Part shown: one piece after another, positions 1 to 15,234 of the stretch
How positions within the stretch are numbered: position 1 is the stretch's first letter
Layout of the letters: each line of letters starts with the position of its first letter
NCBI GenBank assembly: GCA_964016885.1
Contig: OZ024740.1
Location: 364,126,001-364,190,000, forward strand
DNA: 64,000 bases
DNA from: Eledone cirrhosa
Lineage: Eukaryota
Direction: 5' to 3'
Position numbers and translations under genes: made by a program
The notes under the pieces: model-generated
The model's input: the letters and a program-made list of their open reading frames with translations, nothing else
Told to the model about the DNA's origin: nothing
Database searches by the model: none

Positions 1-860
1 AAAGTGTTGATAAGCAGAAAAGAGGACAAAACTCTGATTCCCTCAGGGAAATGGCCATGTTCGATATATAGAAAAGGAAATGGCATAAATTCTATAAAAT
101 GTACACAATGCAGATATTGGTGGGTACACAAGAAATGTAGTGGGATAGCAGGTAAACTAACAGGAAGGGAAAACTACATATGCAGTAGATGTACAGGGAA
201 ATTTGACAGTAGAAGTCACAGTGACAGACACATTTTTCAAATGCAAGTAGGTTCTATAGAAGTGGTTGATAGCTTCTGGTACCTAGGTGATCAGATTAGC
301 ATGGGAGGAGGTGTTCCGAGGCCATAGTATCTAGAATAAGGACGGGTTGGAAGAAGTTTAGGGAGCTGCTTCATCTGCTGACGAAGAAGGGTTTGTCCTT
401 GTGTATGAAAGGCTGGTTATGTTATGCCTGTGTGAGATGCTGCATGGTAGTGAGACATGGGCAGCAACTGCAGAGGATATGCAATGGCTGGAGAGAAATG
501 AAGCAAGCATACTCCATTGGATGTGTAATGTCAATGTATGTGAACGACCAAGCATGGATGGGTTGAGAGAGAAACTGTGTATAAGAGGGATAAGTTGTAG
601 TGTGCGGGAGAGAAGACTGTGATGGTATGAACATGTGATGTGCATGGAGGATGACCAGTGGGTAGTAGAAGGAAGACGCAGTAGAGGAAGACCACGAAAA
701 ACATGGGCAGAGGTGGTGAGAGCGGACCTCAGATCGCTGAAGCTCACGGAGGAGATGACAAAGGCCCGTGATAAGTGGAGAGATGCTGTGGTAAATAGGA
801 CTCATCCCACCCGTGCAAGCAGGAAAAAGCGGACGTAAAATGGTGATGATGATGATGATG
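1..860 (+). mobile_element. 3' part of a degenerate RTE-like LINE with an internal Cys/His (PHD-like) finger and (GAT)n tail
   Basis: KWPCSI..C..C..WVHKKCSG..C..C, F.YLGD, MLHGSETW, RGRPRKTW motifs in broken frames; ends in gcaggaaaaagcggacgtaaaatggtgatgatg. Confidence 0.8.
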
Positions 861-899
861 TGTGTGTGTATGTATATATATATATATTATTCATATGGG

Positions 900-1500
900 T
901 GATTGCTGCAACCCTTGAAAATGTTTCATGGTGAACTCATGCTGGGTAAAAAGTAAAAATGTATGCCAAGGAGGAGACACAGAGACTCTCTAATAGCGAA
1001 CTTAAAATGGCTTAACATATCCTACAAAAATCTTGAATCATGTGCACCAGATATAGAAGCCTGGAGAAATGCCATTTGGAATGGAGATAAAGCATTTGAA
1101 ATGGAGAAGAAAAATATGGAAGAATGAGGCCAACAGTAATAATGATGAATCTTATCCAGCATTGATTTCCAAATGGCCTGTGTGCTTTTCAATGCTGGCT
1201 TCAAGTCACACCAACGAGCACATGATAGTAAAGTCCAAGTTGACTATTCAAACTTTGTTGCAGAGAATAAGTTCCAGTGCCATATTTGTCAGAAAATTTG
1301 TAAATCAGGTGGTGGATTGAAGAGACATCTGAACATACAGAATAAGCAAACCAAAGTGAAGTCAAGCACAAAATGGACATCATTGTATTATTTGTGGGCA
1401 GGTGTTTCACAGACTTTCAAGACACAAAAGCCATTTGAGATCTCATGCCAAGAAGGAACGGAAGTGGTCAAGCTTTGTATAGAGCAGACAACAATCATGT
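900..1500 (+). mobile_element. 3' remnant of a second RTE/BovB-like LINE with C-terminal C2H2 finger
   Basis: HGEL..G, WRNAIWNG and FQCHICQKICKSGGGLKRHL in disrupted frames. Confidence 0.55.
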
Positions 1501-1557
1501 TCATATATATAGTTATCTATGCAAGTCATTGACATAAAAATTACACACTTTATGGCA

Positions 1558-1750
1558 ATAATTGTTTCTACTTTTGGCACAAGGCCAGCGATTACCCAAT
1601 ACATTACTGGTACTTTATTTTATCGATCCCGGAAAGATGAAAGGCAAAGTTGACCTCGGTGGGATTTAAACTCAGAATGGAAAGGCCCGTAACTCTATGC
1701 GTCAAAGCATGGTTTCTGACCCTCTTCCGATACTGCCAATCCACCGCCTT
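1558..1750 (-). mobile_element. tRNA-derived SINE family B; further copies at ~2960-3170 (-), ~13495-13705 (-), ~32557-32740 (-), ~49536-49724 (-), ~53409-53601 (+)
   Basis: Shared core gactttgcctttcatcct..ggggtcgataaaataaagtaccagt, B-box-like gagtttaaatccc, and end ggccttgtgccaaaagtagaaac in six copies. Confidence 0.8.
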
Positions 1751-2109
1751 TATGGCAATAATGCAATCCATAATGATTAAATTCACTCCAGAGGGTTACA
1801 ATGAAAAAATCATCAGCATTTGTAGTAATTGGGGTAGGGTGCCTGTTGTTGTGCAATAGGGTTCTTTGATTCTACTTATATGAAATAGTGAGAGTAAGAT
1901 ATAAGATTGCTTTCTTGGTATGAACAGAGATTTAGTTGCACCAATTAGAGAATATATTTCTGGTCTCTCTTCACGGAGGCTGTGTAAGTCTGGTGTGAGA
2001 TGTCTAGCTTTAGACTGCAATTTAATAATCCAACATACAAGAAAATTACATTGAAATGAAAAAAAAAAAAAAACTGCTGACAAAATATAGAAAAAAAGTT
2101 GTTTATCTT

Positions 2110-4264
2110 CAGTGCAGCATTCACGCTTTATTTGAAATACAATTCAAATTTGTGAGTTTATTCAAGCATACATATTTAAAAATAAATAATAAATGGCTTC
2201 CGTGTTATTTGTAGGATCAAACACCAAAAAATATTGCAAGACATTCCATTGATTTTATTTAAATATAAAACAAAAAATAATAATTAAGACATACAAAAAA
2301 AAATCAGTCAAATAGCACCCCTCAAGAAATGATTCTCTCAAAATATCTGAAATAAAAATCTTTTCTGGACTAAAGAATTAAAATAGATTATAGATTATAT
2401 ATGTGAATTATAGACAATAGTTTAGTGTCAATGAAAATGTGTGCTTTTGTATTGAAAGGTATAATTTTTAAAAGGAAATACAGCATGAGATTATTGTTAT
2501 TCTTTTATAAATAATTTGGCTAATTTATATTAATTCTACTATAGAAATAATATATGCAAGGTGATTTAGTTTTATTGAGCTCAGTTCAATTTTACAATGC
2601 AAAATAAACATTTTCTCTGGTAGACCTTATAAAATAATTGAATAATCAATGTAAATATAGAATAGATAACAAAGGAAGGAATATTTTAGAAAATAATGTG
2701 TAGAGAAATAAAGACCTCTTAGAACTTATATACAATGTTTCTTGTATAATAAACATATATTTTGTCTCATTGTGATCATGTCACAACCACCGTAGTATAT
2801 AGATCCATACACATTATGTTTATGTATAATAAACACACATTTGGTCTTGTAAGTATTTTAAGCTGTGATCAAGTCACACCTACCTCAAATATTTATAATG
2901 TAAATCTTATATCAACCAGTACCTCTAAATTGAATAAGGATTATTAGCTCTAAATATAATGGTTTCTAAGTTTGTCACAAGGCCAGCAATTTTGAGGGGA
3001 TGGGAAAGTTGATAATATCAACTCCAATACTTAACTGATACTTTATTTTATCAACACCAAAAAGGATGAAAGGCAAAGTTAAACCCATCAGGATTTGAAA
3101 TCATAAAAAGCTGGAACAAGTACTGCTAAGCCATTGTCTAATGTTCTAACAATTCTGCCAATCCACCACCATAGCATATTATTCATAAACTAGTTATAGA
3201 TTTTAAACAATTTTAATTGTCAGAACACTGTTTAAAAGTTTTAATATTTTTAGTTTAAACATTTGATGAATTTCAAAATTTCTTTTAGCCATAACTTAAT
3301 CAATATATGCCACTGACACTGTTATTAGCTTTTATAAACTATTAGACTACAAATTACTCAATGTGTACTATCAGAAATCAACATCAGTGTTTAGTCAGCA
3401 CTGTAAATAGCAGAGCAGTATATGTATCATTCTCTCTTACATGTTTAAAAGACCAGCTGAACAATATTATATATTTTGTCATGGAAATATGTAAACAAAC
3501 CATAACACTTATAAACAATGTTTCCTCTAAATTTTTCCACCCACTGAGAGGAACGTCTAATGCTTTGAGTAAAACTGTTCAAAATGTAAAGGTACACTAC
3601 AACATTCTGATGTACAAAACATCATTTTATAGTTAGAGTGGCAGCATTTTGGTGTGCATGACATTTCAGAGCTATTGAGCAGCAACATTTTCATGTGCAC
3701 AGGACCAAGATATCAGCTACTTGACCATATATCCATATAGTTTAAATGGAACATTGATTATAGCATGGTTGAATAAATTGAATAAATAAGTAGCACATTT
3801 GAACAGCTGACAATTTCTTTGTAACATTAGAAAGAAGAGAAAATGTTCAATGCTTCAAAGAGTTCATTAAAATTGATTAAAAAATAAACACAGAATAAAT
3901 TTTTGTAACAGAAAGAGAATCATGAAAATAATCCATGCTATAATTATGAGAGGGAGAGAGATTAAACTTAACTTTAATTGTAATAGATTCCTAACTCCTG
4001 TAATTATTTAGCAGAAATATCTAAAAACAGGTTTGTTCATTCAAATGTTTGTAGTATATTTACTAGTGGACAGATTGTTGTGAAAATTTGCAGTAAACTA
4101 AAGACTTTAATTTTTAATGTGATGCATTTTTCAGGAATGTCTTGCTAATGTGTCTCCATGCAGTACATGATGTGAAGAGTTAAGCTAAATGAAAGAAAAG
4201 AAAATAAGTTAGAATTAAAAAATAAACATGTTATAAAAATTGCAATTAAATGTATGAGTGGGTG

Positions 4265-4311
<47 letters not shown>

Positions 4312-4477
4312 ACATATATATATATAGGAGTGTCTGTGGTGCTAAACCCAGAACGCCCACTAATCAGTGTAATACTCGATGCATAATGGGATACAGAGTT
4401 GGTATATTTAGATAGAAAATATTCAACCATAGGAACTCATGGTTGAATATTTTATTCCTAAAAATATATATATATAT

Positions 4478-4523
<46 letters not shown>

Positions 4524-6608
4524 ATCATTTTATGTCTGTCTTCCATGCTAGCATGGGTTGAAACACTGGAAAGATATATATACCTTTGTTTGATAAATAC
4601 AATAACAAAAAGTGCAGTTTAAAAGCAGCTCTCACTATGAAAAGCATTCATAACTTTGGACATTTCATCTTAAAACAAAAATAACAGATACAGAATGATT
4701 ATTATATTTTCTATTATGAATAATAATAACCTGGTAAAAATATCTCTAACTCTTAACATCTTCCAATGATTTAGCAGAAAATATCTAAAAGTGGATTGAT
4801 TTATTCAAATATTTACACTATCTTTACTATATGTTATAGTATGTTTTGCAGTCCATTGAGAATTTGCTGTATTAATGTATAAGATTTCAATGTTTAATCT
4901 GATGCAGTCACAATACTGATTTGTATTTTTCAAGAGTGTCTTGCTAATGTGGTTTGTTAATTTGAGTGTTTATAGTAACTTTACTATTTAACAGATTATG
5001 AAAATTCACAATAGTAAAGTCAAGACTTCAATATTTAATGTGATGCAGTCATAATGTTGTTTTTACTTTCCAAAAATGTTTTGCAAAAGCAGTTTCATAC
5101 GGTACAAGACATTACAAGTTAAATGTCTAATTTTTAGCTCAACCGACTAAAATCAAATATCACACAAAAATGACTATGCTATGAAAGGAAAAAAATATCT
5201 AAGTCTAAAGTAGGCTTTTGTCATTATTACTGAATCACACACATCTATATACAGAAATACAGAGATACACATATACAGACACTAATGGTTCCAGTCTTTA
5301 GCTGACTGAAAGCATAAATGTAAATATCCCTAACATTTATCAGAATTGCTTGTGTGACATGATCCTCAACCATCTTGATTCAGTTAATTCTAGGAGAAAT
5401 TAAATTGAACAGTATTATACATGATACATTTCAAAACTGGTTCAGTTTACTCTTGTCCTTTGTATTAGATTAGATATAAATGGATAGAAACAGAGTTAAC
5501 TGCTATTATATAACAAATAATGCAAAAAGCTAACACAATTCATTCATTCAAAAATCAAAGTTTCTAAGGTGCTTATAAATTGTCAAAATTCAGAAGAGAG
5601 AAATTATATATATTTTCATTATTTATAAATATTATTGAGATTTGTTTGAATAAAATAACTTGAAATAATGGAATATTGACTATTATATGTGAATCATCTC
5701 AGTTAAGATCAGCAATAGAAATGAGAATATGAATTTGGAAATGAGCAACCAAGCTGCACTAAAAAAGAAATTTGTAGATAGTCACATAACTAAAAATTAA
5801 GTGAATATTTTCAATATACACCTAAACTAAATACATTTATATCTGTACACATGAAGTACAGAGTTTAACCAAGACTGTGTAAATGCACATTGAGTAAAAA
5901 GACAAGTATACATGTCAGATTTACATATTTTTCTGTAAACTGAAACAAATGATGAATATTCTTAATCAATTTTTGAACTTTATTGGGGTTTCATCAGAGA
6001 ATATGCCCACCCATTAAACAGATATAGTATTATTGAAACAGACACATTCTTTTGAAAATTACTAGCACTTATGATGGTAAAACCTGTTAAGATGCTCCAT
6101 AATTTAAGATAAAGCGGTATCTAATAATTTAGTATATGAAATTAATAATTGTTGTCTATTTAATCTTACTGGTGTATCTAGATTAGCTTCATTATACTAA
6201 GATATACATATTTCTCTATGGGCTCACACTCCCTACATAATAAATAAATAACAACTGTCATGCACTTCAATAGAAAACATGAATACATATAACTAAACTA
6301 GGATTTTATGAGATTTCCAATGTTAACAATGATCAAATAGTTTTAAATGCTTTGAATATTTTTATCTGAACAACAGATATGAGTTTTTTAAACTTCAAAT
6401 GAATTATGCTTTCTGAAAAAGATCTTGGAAAGCATACAAAATGGGAAAATGCTTTGAGGATAAAACAATTAAAAAAAACATTCAATTAAAGAGTCTTAAC
6501 AAAATAATGAAAGTATTGCTGATGACTGGATAGTAAGAAATACTCCAAAGAGTATAGAATATGGGTAAATCTCTTACAGAAAACATTTAGAGTTTGTTTT
6601 TTTTGTTC
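2110..6608 (-). other. Probable long 3' UTR of MAP1LC3
   Basis: AT-rich and TE-poor relative to the rest of the window. AATAAA occurs on the - strand near 2130, 2160 and 2255, followed by a U-rich tract. The end point is inferred only. Confidence 0.4.
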
Positions 6609-7600
<992 letters not shown>

Positions 7601-7714
7601 TATACTATGAGTGGCCTAATGGTTAGGGTGTTGGACTCACAATTATAAGGTCATGAGTTTAATTCCTGGACCAGCAGTGCATTTAATGCTTCATTTAACT
7701 TTACATGATAGGGC

Positions 7715-8480
<766 letters not shown>

Positions 8481-9189
8481 AATAAAAACCACCTAAATAA
8501 TAGTATGAAAGATAGTCAGTTGTTTGACCTGTATCAATGAATGAGTGATAAATCCTACTGACTTCAGAGATAAGACAACTAGTGGCTGTGACCTTCCTGT
8601 TTTTTTTTTAATGAGTATTAGTGGTTAAAGTGTGATAGTGCATGGCTTTGTGGTTAGCAGTTTCAGCTCACAATTGTAAGGTCATGAGTTTGTCCTTTAA
8701 TAAGACACTTCATTTTGTGTTGCTCTGATTCAATCAGCTGGCAAAAATGAGTTATACCAAGTCGTACTTGTAATTCAAAGAGTCTTGGCACATACTGTGT
8801 CATGCTGAATCTCCCTGAGAATTACTTTAACAGTACACATGTCTGTGGATGCTCAGCATTAATTTCATAAGCAGACTGTTCCATTGTTTGAAGAACTGGA
8901 GCACTCATCACCGGAACCAATAGAGATCTAACAACAATAACTTGGTAGGTTACACATTTCCAATGATCCAATCGCTGGTTTACTGTACTCATAATGACAA
9001 GAGGAGGGGTTTTCAAACTGCAGGTCCCAGCCTGTGCATTGCAAAATGTATAAAAGGAGTCATGACATTTCAAAAATTCTACAAAAATAAGCAAGTGCAA
9101 GTGACACATAAGTATATTGAGTCACAATATAAAATGCAGCTCTTGCTATGGGTCACAGTAAAAAAGTTTGAAAAAACAGAGGGGGTTTA

Positions 9190-10000
9190 GCTTGCTCTGT
9201 AGTCTAGAAGTCATTAGGAAAACTGGGTATAGATGGATGGCTTGTGACAGCCATGCAAATTATGTATAAAGGTGCTGCAAGCAATGTGAAAGTTAGCAAT
9301 AGGTTCATCATCATCTTCATCTCAGTTTAATGTCTATATTTTCTGTGCTCGCATGAGTGAAACATGTTGTCAGGTACATGTCAAGTAACCATGTCTTGCT
9401 TGTGCACTCTGTTTTTGGCTTGACTTCAATGACTGGATATCTCTTCCAAATGCCAACCACTTTATAGCATGTACACATTTTTAAATACAGATATTGTAAA
9501 TCAGATAATGCAGGATGGTTATCATACCCAATGACTGGTATAGCAGCAGCATTGACAACTGCTACAAGTGCAACTAGACAGGGTAAACTACAGTTGATGG
9601 ACGAGGTTATGAAAGTTACGGAAAGAGTTATAGCATAACCGATCACAGATTGAGTTAACCTAGACGAGATGCAGTTCAGTTTTGTGCCAGGTAAAGGTAG
9701 AACTGATGCCCTCTTCTTCACGAGACAACTGCAAGAGTATGCCTCTCTATCTGGCATTCGTTGACTTAGAGAAAGTTTTTGACATAGTACCTTGCTCCAT
9801 ATTCTGGTGGGCTCTTAGGAAACTAGGAGTAAAGGAATGGCTTGTGATGGTTATACAAGCATGTACAGTAGGGCAATCAGCTAAGTGATAATTAACAATA
9901 AATATAGCCAAGAATTCAGCACGAGGATGGGTGTCCACCATGGATCTGTTCTGAGCCCACTTGTGCTCTTATACTCTTCCAGACCATAACAGTGGAGTTT
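9190..10000 (+). mobile_element. Degenerate RTE-like reverse transcriptase fragments
   Basis: QFSFVPGKGRTDA, LAFVDLEKVFD, WWALRKLGV.EWLV and GVHHGSVLSP motifs with frameshifts. Confidence 0.75.
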
Positions 10001-10459
10001 AATGTAACTGGCCCTCTCCTATATACCTTCCTAACCTGGCCTGGCATAGTTGAGGATGTCAATATCATTCACTCTCTTTAAAATCCTCTTCCTCCCTCAT
10101 TCCTTTCCTTTATCAGATCACATCCCTTTCATCCCACCCCCAACAAGCAACATGCATCTTACCACCACCACTCCACCATCCACTCATCACTGCCTTCACA
10201 GTCTGGCAAAGGATGACCCTAATGTCAATAAGTAGTAGGGCTGGTGCCAAAATAAAAAGCACCCAGTCCACCGTGGTAGTGGCAGTGCCATGATAAAAGA
10301 CACACCCAGTAATTGATAGTAGGAAGGGCCATACCACAATAAAATCTATCAGTGAGACATAGTCATCAGACTTGTCTAGTCTCAAAATGTGACAACCAGT
10401 CTAACCCATGGAAAATAAATGTAAAATCGTGAAGATAATGAAGAGTGTTCTGGGAGCAT

Positions 10460-12420
10460 TTTATCATGGCACCAGCAATACTGCTTTACAGAGTTTATTT
10501 TATCATGGCACCAGCAATACTGCTTTACAGAGTGTATGTTATCATGACACCAGCAATACTGCTTTACAGAGTGTATTTTATCATGGCACCAGCAATACTG
10601 CTTTACAGAGTGTATTTTATCATGACACCAGCAATACTGCTTTACAGAGTGTATTTTATCATGGCACCAGCAATACTGCTTTACAGAGTTTATTTTATCA
10701 TGGCACCAGCAATACTGCTTTACAGAGTTTATGTTATCATGGCACCAGCAATACTGCTTTACAGAGTGTATTTTATCATGGCACCAGCAATACTGCTTTA
10801 CAGAGTGTATGTTATCATGGCACCAGCAATACTGCTTTACAGAGTGTATTTTATCATGGCACCAGCAATACTGCTTTACAGAGTGTATTTTATCATGGCA
10901 CCAGCAATACTGCTTTACAGAGTGTATGTTATCATGACACCAGCAATACTGCTTTACAGAGTGTATGTTATCATGGCACCAGCAATACTGCTTTACAGAG
11001 TTTATGTTATCATGACACCAGCAATACTGCTTTACAGAGTCTATGTTATCCTGGCACCAGCAATACTGCTTTACAGAGTGTATGTTATCATGACACCAGC
11101 AATACTGCTTTACAGAGTGTATGTTATCATGGCACCAGCAATACTGCTTTACAGAGTGTATGTTATCATGACACCAGCAATACTGCTTTACAGAGTGTAT
11201 GTTATCATGACACCAGCAATACTGCTTTACAGAGTGTATGTTATCATGACACCAGCAATACTGCTTTACAGAGTGTATGTTATGACACCAGCAATACTGC
11301 TTTACAGAGTGTATTTTATCATAGCACCAGCAATACTGCTTTACAGAGTGTATTTTATCATAGCACCAGCAATACTGCTTTACAGAGTGTATGTTATCAT
11401 GGCACCAGCAATACTGCTTTACAGAGTGTATGTTATCATGACACCAGCAATACTGCTTTACAGAGTGTATTTTATCATGGCACCAGCAATACTGCTTTAC
11501 AGAGTGTATTTTATCATGGCACCAGCAATACTGCTTTACAGAGTGTATTTTATCATAGCACCAGCAATACTGCTTTACAGAGTGTATTTTATCATGGCAC
11601 CAGCAATACTGCTTTACAGAGTGTATTTTATCATAGCACCAGCAATACTGCTTTACAGAGTGTATTTTATCATAGCACCAGCAATACTGCTTTACAGAGT
11701 GTATGTTATCATGGCACCAGCAATACTGCTTTACAGAGTGTATGTTATCATGACACCAGCAATACTGCTTTACAGAGTGTATTTTATCATGGCACCAGCA
11801 ATACTGCTTTACAGAGTGTATTTTATCATGACACCAGCAATACTGCTTTACAGAGTGTATTTTATCATAGCACCAGCAATACTGCTTTACAGAGTGTATT
11901 TTATCATGGCACCAGCAATACTGCTTTACAGAGTGTATGTTATCATGACACCAGCAATACTGCTTTACAGAGTGTATGTTATCATGACACCAGCAATACT
12001 GCTTTACAGAGTGTATTTTATCATGACACCAGCAATACTGCTTTACAGAGTGTATTTTATCATGGCACCAGCAATACTGCTTTACAGAGTGTATGTTATC
12101 ATGACACCAGCAATACTGCTTTACAGAGTGTATGTTGTTATGGCACCAGCAATGCTGCTTTACAGAGTGTATGTTATCATGACACCAGCAATACTGCTTT
12201 ACAGAGTGTATGTTGTTATGGCACCAGCAATGCTGCTTTACAGAGTGTATGTTATCATGGCACCAGCAATACTGCTTTACAGAGTGTATGTTATCATGGC
12301 ACCAGCAATACTGCTTTACAGAGTGTATTTTATCATGACACCAGCAATACTGCTTTACAGAGTGTATTAAGTCCATTTTATCATGGCATCAGCAATACTG
12401 TTTTACAGAGTGTATTGAGT
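10460..12420. repeat. 39-bp minisatellite, about 49 copies, in LC3 intron 2
   Basis: Unit tttatcatggcaccagcaatactgctttacagagtgtat with a few variant positions; explains the 13-aa periodic ORFs. Confidence 0.97.
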
Positions 12421-12786
12421 GTATTCTATTACAGAGTGTATTGAGTGTATTCTATAGTCTTCTCTACCTAATATTATCTCCAACTGATTGTTAACCACAG
12501 TACATTAGCACCTTTTAAAATTAACAATAAATCGAAGAGCTAATAAATGAATCTCTATCTGGCAGCTCAACCTAGAAGAAATAGCAGGTTATGTGTTGAG
12601 ACTCCCTCAAATCCAACCCAAGCATCTTAAAATGTAAGGATACAAGCTAGTCCAAGGTAGACAAAAAAAATAAGGCTGAAACAACTGGAGTTAAGCAACA
12701 ACAATAAAGTGAGCTGCTATACAGTTGTTCGATCTACAGGAAACAACAGCAAAACTTTCTCAAACTAAACTGTGGTTTTAAATTAA

Positions 12787-12998
12787 CCCTTTTGTTACTA
12801 TATTTTGCATGAAAGACATTGCCTAAGGTTTTCAAATCATCTTGAAAGTAATCAAAAATTTGGAGTGATTACTAAGCTGGTGTTTGGAGCATAACTTAAA
12901 GGCTTTCACATAAAATTATGATGGAAGGCTTTTAGATAAATTTAAACACATAAAATAAACAGTTCAAGGGATATTTCACATATTTTGGAGTAAAAAGG
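12787..12998. mobile_element. piggyBac-like MITE (TTAA|CCCTTT...AAAGGG|TTAA); related copies near 13370-13810, 14600-15190, 57940-58139, 63430-63730
   Basis: TTAA flanks, CCCTTT termini and shared internal aagctggtgtttggaacataa. Confidence 0.65.
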
Positions 12999-13154
12999 GT
13001 TAAAAAAAAGAAAAGGAAAGACACATTCAAAATGTAGTCTTAGATACTGTCAAATAAAAGCAGATGGAATAGTCACTTCTGGAACACCTTTGATCATAGC
13101 ACTGTTCAATAAAAACAGATCTAGATCACAATAAAAGCAATAACAACAACTCAC

Positions 13155-13210
13155 TGGGATTTTGTCCGGATGTTCTTGTCGAATAGCTTCAATGTCCTTT
13201 ACCCTCTGAG
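13155..13210 (-). CDS. MAP1LC3: MAP1LC3 coding exon 2 (AQRVKDIEAIRQEHPDKIP)
   Basis: 56-nt exon bounded by TTTTATAG| and |GTGAGT; contains the Atg8-family HPDKIP motif. Confidence 0.95.
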
Positions 13211-14712
13211 CTATAAAATCAAGAAATAAAAACATGAGAGATGATAATATATTAACAACATCAATCAGTTAATGTTTATTTTCAATATGAAAAGGAAAGA
13301 GTAAAAAAGCAATTATATATTCCTCTATGTTTATCACTCTCTTATTATCACATGAACATCATTTAACACTTTTGATACCAAACCACCTGAAATCAGCCCT
13401 GGTTCTATGATACAGAACTGTTAATATTTATCTGAAAAATTTCCATCATTACTTTGTTAAATTATGCTCTAAACACCAGCTTAATAATTCAGTCTAATAT
13501 TGGCACAAGGCCAGCAATTTTGGGGAAGGAGAAAGTCAATTATATTGACCCCAATACTTAACTGGTACTTTGTTTTATCAATCCTGTAAAAATGAAAGGC
13601 AAAGTTGACTTCAGTAGGATTTGAACTCAGACAGTAAAAATGTGTAACTAAAAACAACAAAGCAATCTGTTTGAAGCGCTAACAACTCTGCCAATCCACC
13701 ACCCTACAATAGCTTAATAAGAAAGTTAGTTACATTACTAAAACCCTCCAAATTCTTGGTTACTTTCAAAGTTAATTGAAAATCATAGTGTCTTTCATTA
13801 GAGATATGGTTAATGTCTGTTGTTTTTTTATGCTAGCAGATTGACTGGGTTATCACAGACCAAGTCAGCACTCAATCATAGTTACTGTCCTCACAGATGG
13901 GCCAAGAGCCACATCTCATTTACGTACATTCCTGTACTTTACAGAGTGCATTTTAGTGTGACACCAGCACTAAGGAGGTTGTCATACCCTCACAGACAAA
14001 ACCAGTATTCAATTAGTGCCACTATCCTGACAGACAGGGTGTGAGGTGCATCTCATGCACATTCAAATAATCTACAGAGTGTACTGGGTGCATTATATTG
14101 ACACCACTACTAGGATGGATGTCATGTCCTTGACTAGGTATTTGTTATTCAGGAATGTATTTTATAGCTGACTAATGTCAAGTCAGGCTTCTGCTTGCTA
14201 CTGGTACCATGTAATCCAGTACAACCTGCTTCATGGTCAAGTGGTCAGTGACTAAACCAGCTTCCTCACTATGTTTTGGTCTAGTGAGAAGAGTAAGTGG
14301 AACCCCAGGAGCAGAAAAAAAGAGCTGTTAAATAGGCTCACCAACCCACAATTGTCCCAGTGTAGTGAGTATAGCCACACCCCTGACATTACCAAAACCA
14401 AACAGTAGGCTGTAGAAGTGAAACAGGGAGGGGTTCCTCCAACAGGAGTGAGAAGGCCCTGGATTGGATTGGAATGTCTTTTGTATAAGCCAAGGTTAAT
14501 AGTTTCCATAAAAAGAAATATCTTATTAGCAAAAACTAAACTCTATTTATACCTAACTACCTGAAACTGCCTCTCGTTCTATGATACAAAGCTGTTTATT
14601 TTAATCCTTTCGTTACCATATTTCTAATGTAAGACACTGTATACAATGTTCATATAATATTGAAAATAATCAAGGATTTGGAGATTTAGTAATATAACAT
14701 TTTCATTATTAA

Positions 14713-14910
14713 CCCTTTAGCATTTAAATTATTCTATATTTACTATTGTATTTTCACAGTAAAAGCTTTATCTTACATAATATTGAATCTACAAGATTTT
14801 GATGTTATTTATTTTTAGAACAATACCTTAATGTAGGTATGTGTGGCCCGTTACAGCCGGTTTGAACAGAAAGAGGAGAGAGAATTCTGGTCAGTTTAAA
14901 TTTTAAAGGG
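14713..14910. mobile_element. piggyBac-like MITE nested at a TTAA inside another MITE
   Basis: ttaa|ccctttagcatttaaa ... tttaaattttaaaggg|ttaa. Removing it restores tcattattaagctggtgtttgg, as seen in related copies. Confidence 0.75.
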
Positions 14911-15234
14911 TTAAGCTGGTGTTTGGAACATAACAAAGGTTCTTTGGTTCAGTATCGAAAGGATTAAAATGTTTAATATAATTTGAACCATTTTAATTTT
15001 AAGTAAGAAAATTTTGTTCCAAACACCAGTTTAATAAAGAAAAAGTTAGTTATATTACTAAATCCCTCCAAATTCTTTCTTTTCAAAATCATTTAAAAAC
15101 CATAAGCACTGTATTCATCTAAAAAATGTTCATCATAATATCATGTAAGTTATGTTCAAAACACCACTTTAAATAAAAGGTAATTATATTACTATACAAC
15201 ACAAACAATATAAACAATACTTAATAACATTAAT

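Noticed and set aside
4320-4470. Small TA-flanked hairpins (also ~23580-23670 and ~55035-55090) as additional ribozymes
   Set aside because: Inverted repeats are present, but I could not find a complete CUGANGA/GAAA core.
10382-12444. 640-680 aa repetitive ORFs on both strands, or a CRISPR-like array
   Set aside because: Pure 39-bp tandem repeat with no unique spacers, in an intron of a eukaryotic gene; the open frames follow from the unit length.
13050-13235. 61-aa single-exon ORF
   Set aside because: Only 13155-13210 is coding (LC3 exon 2); the rest is intron read-through.
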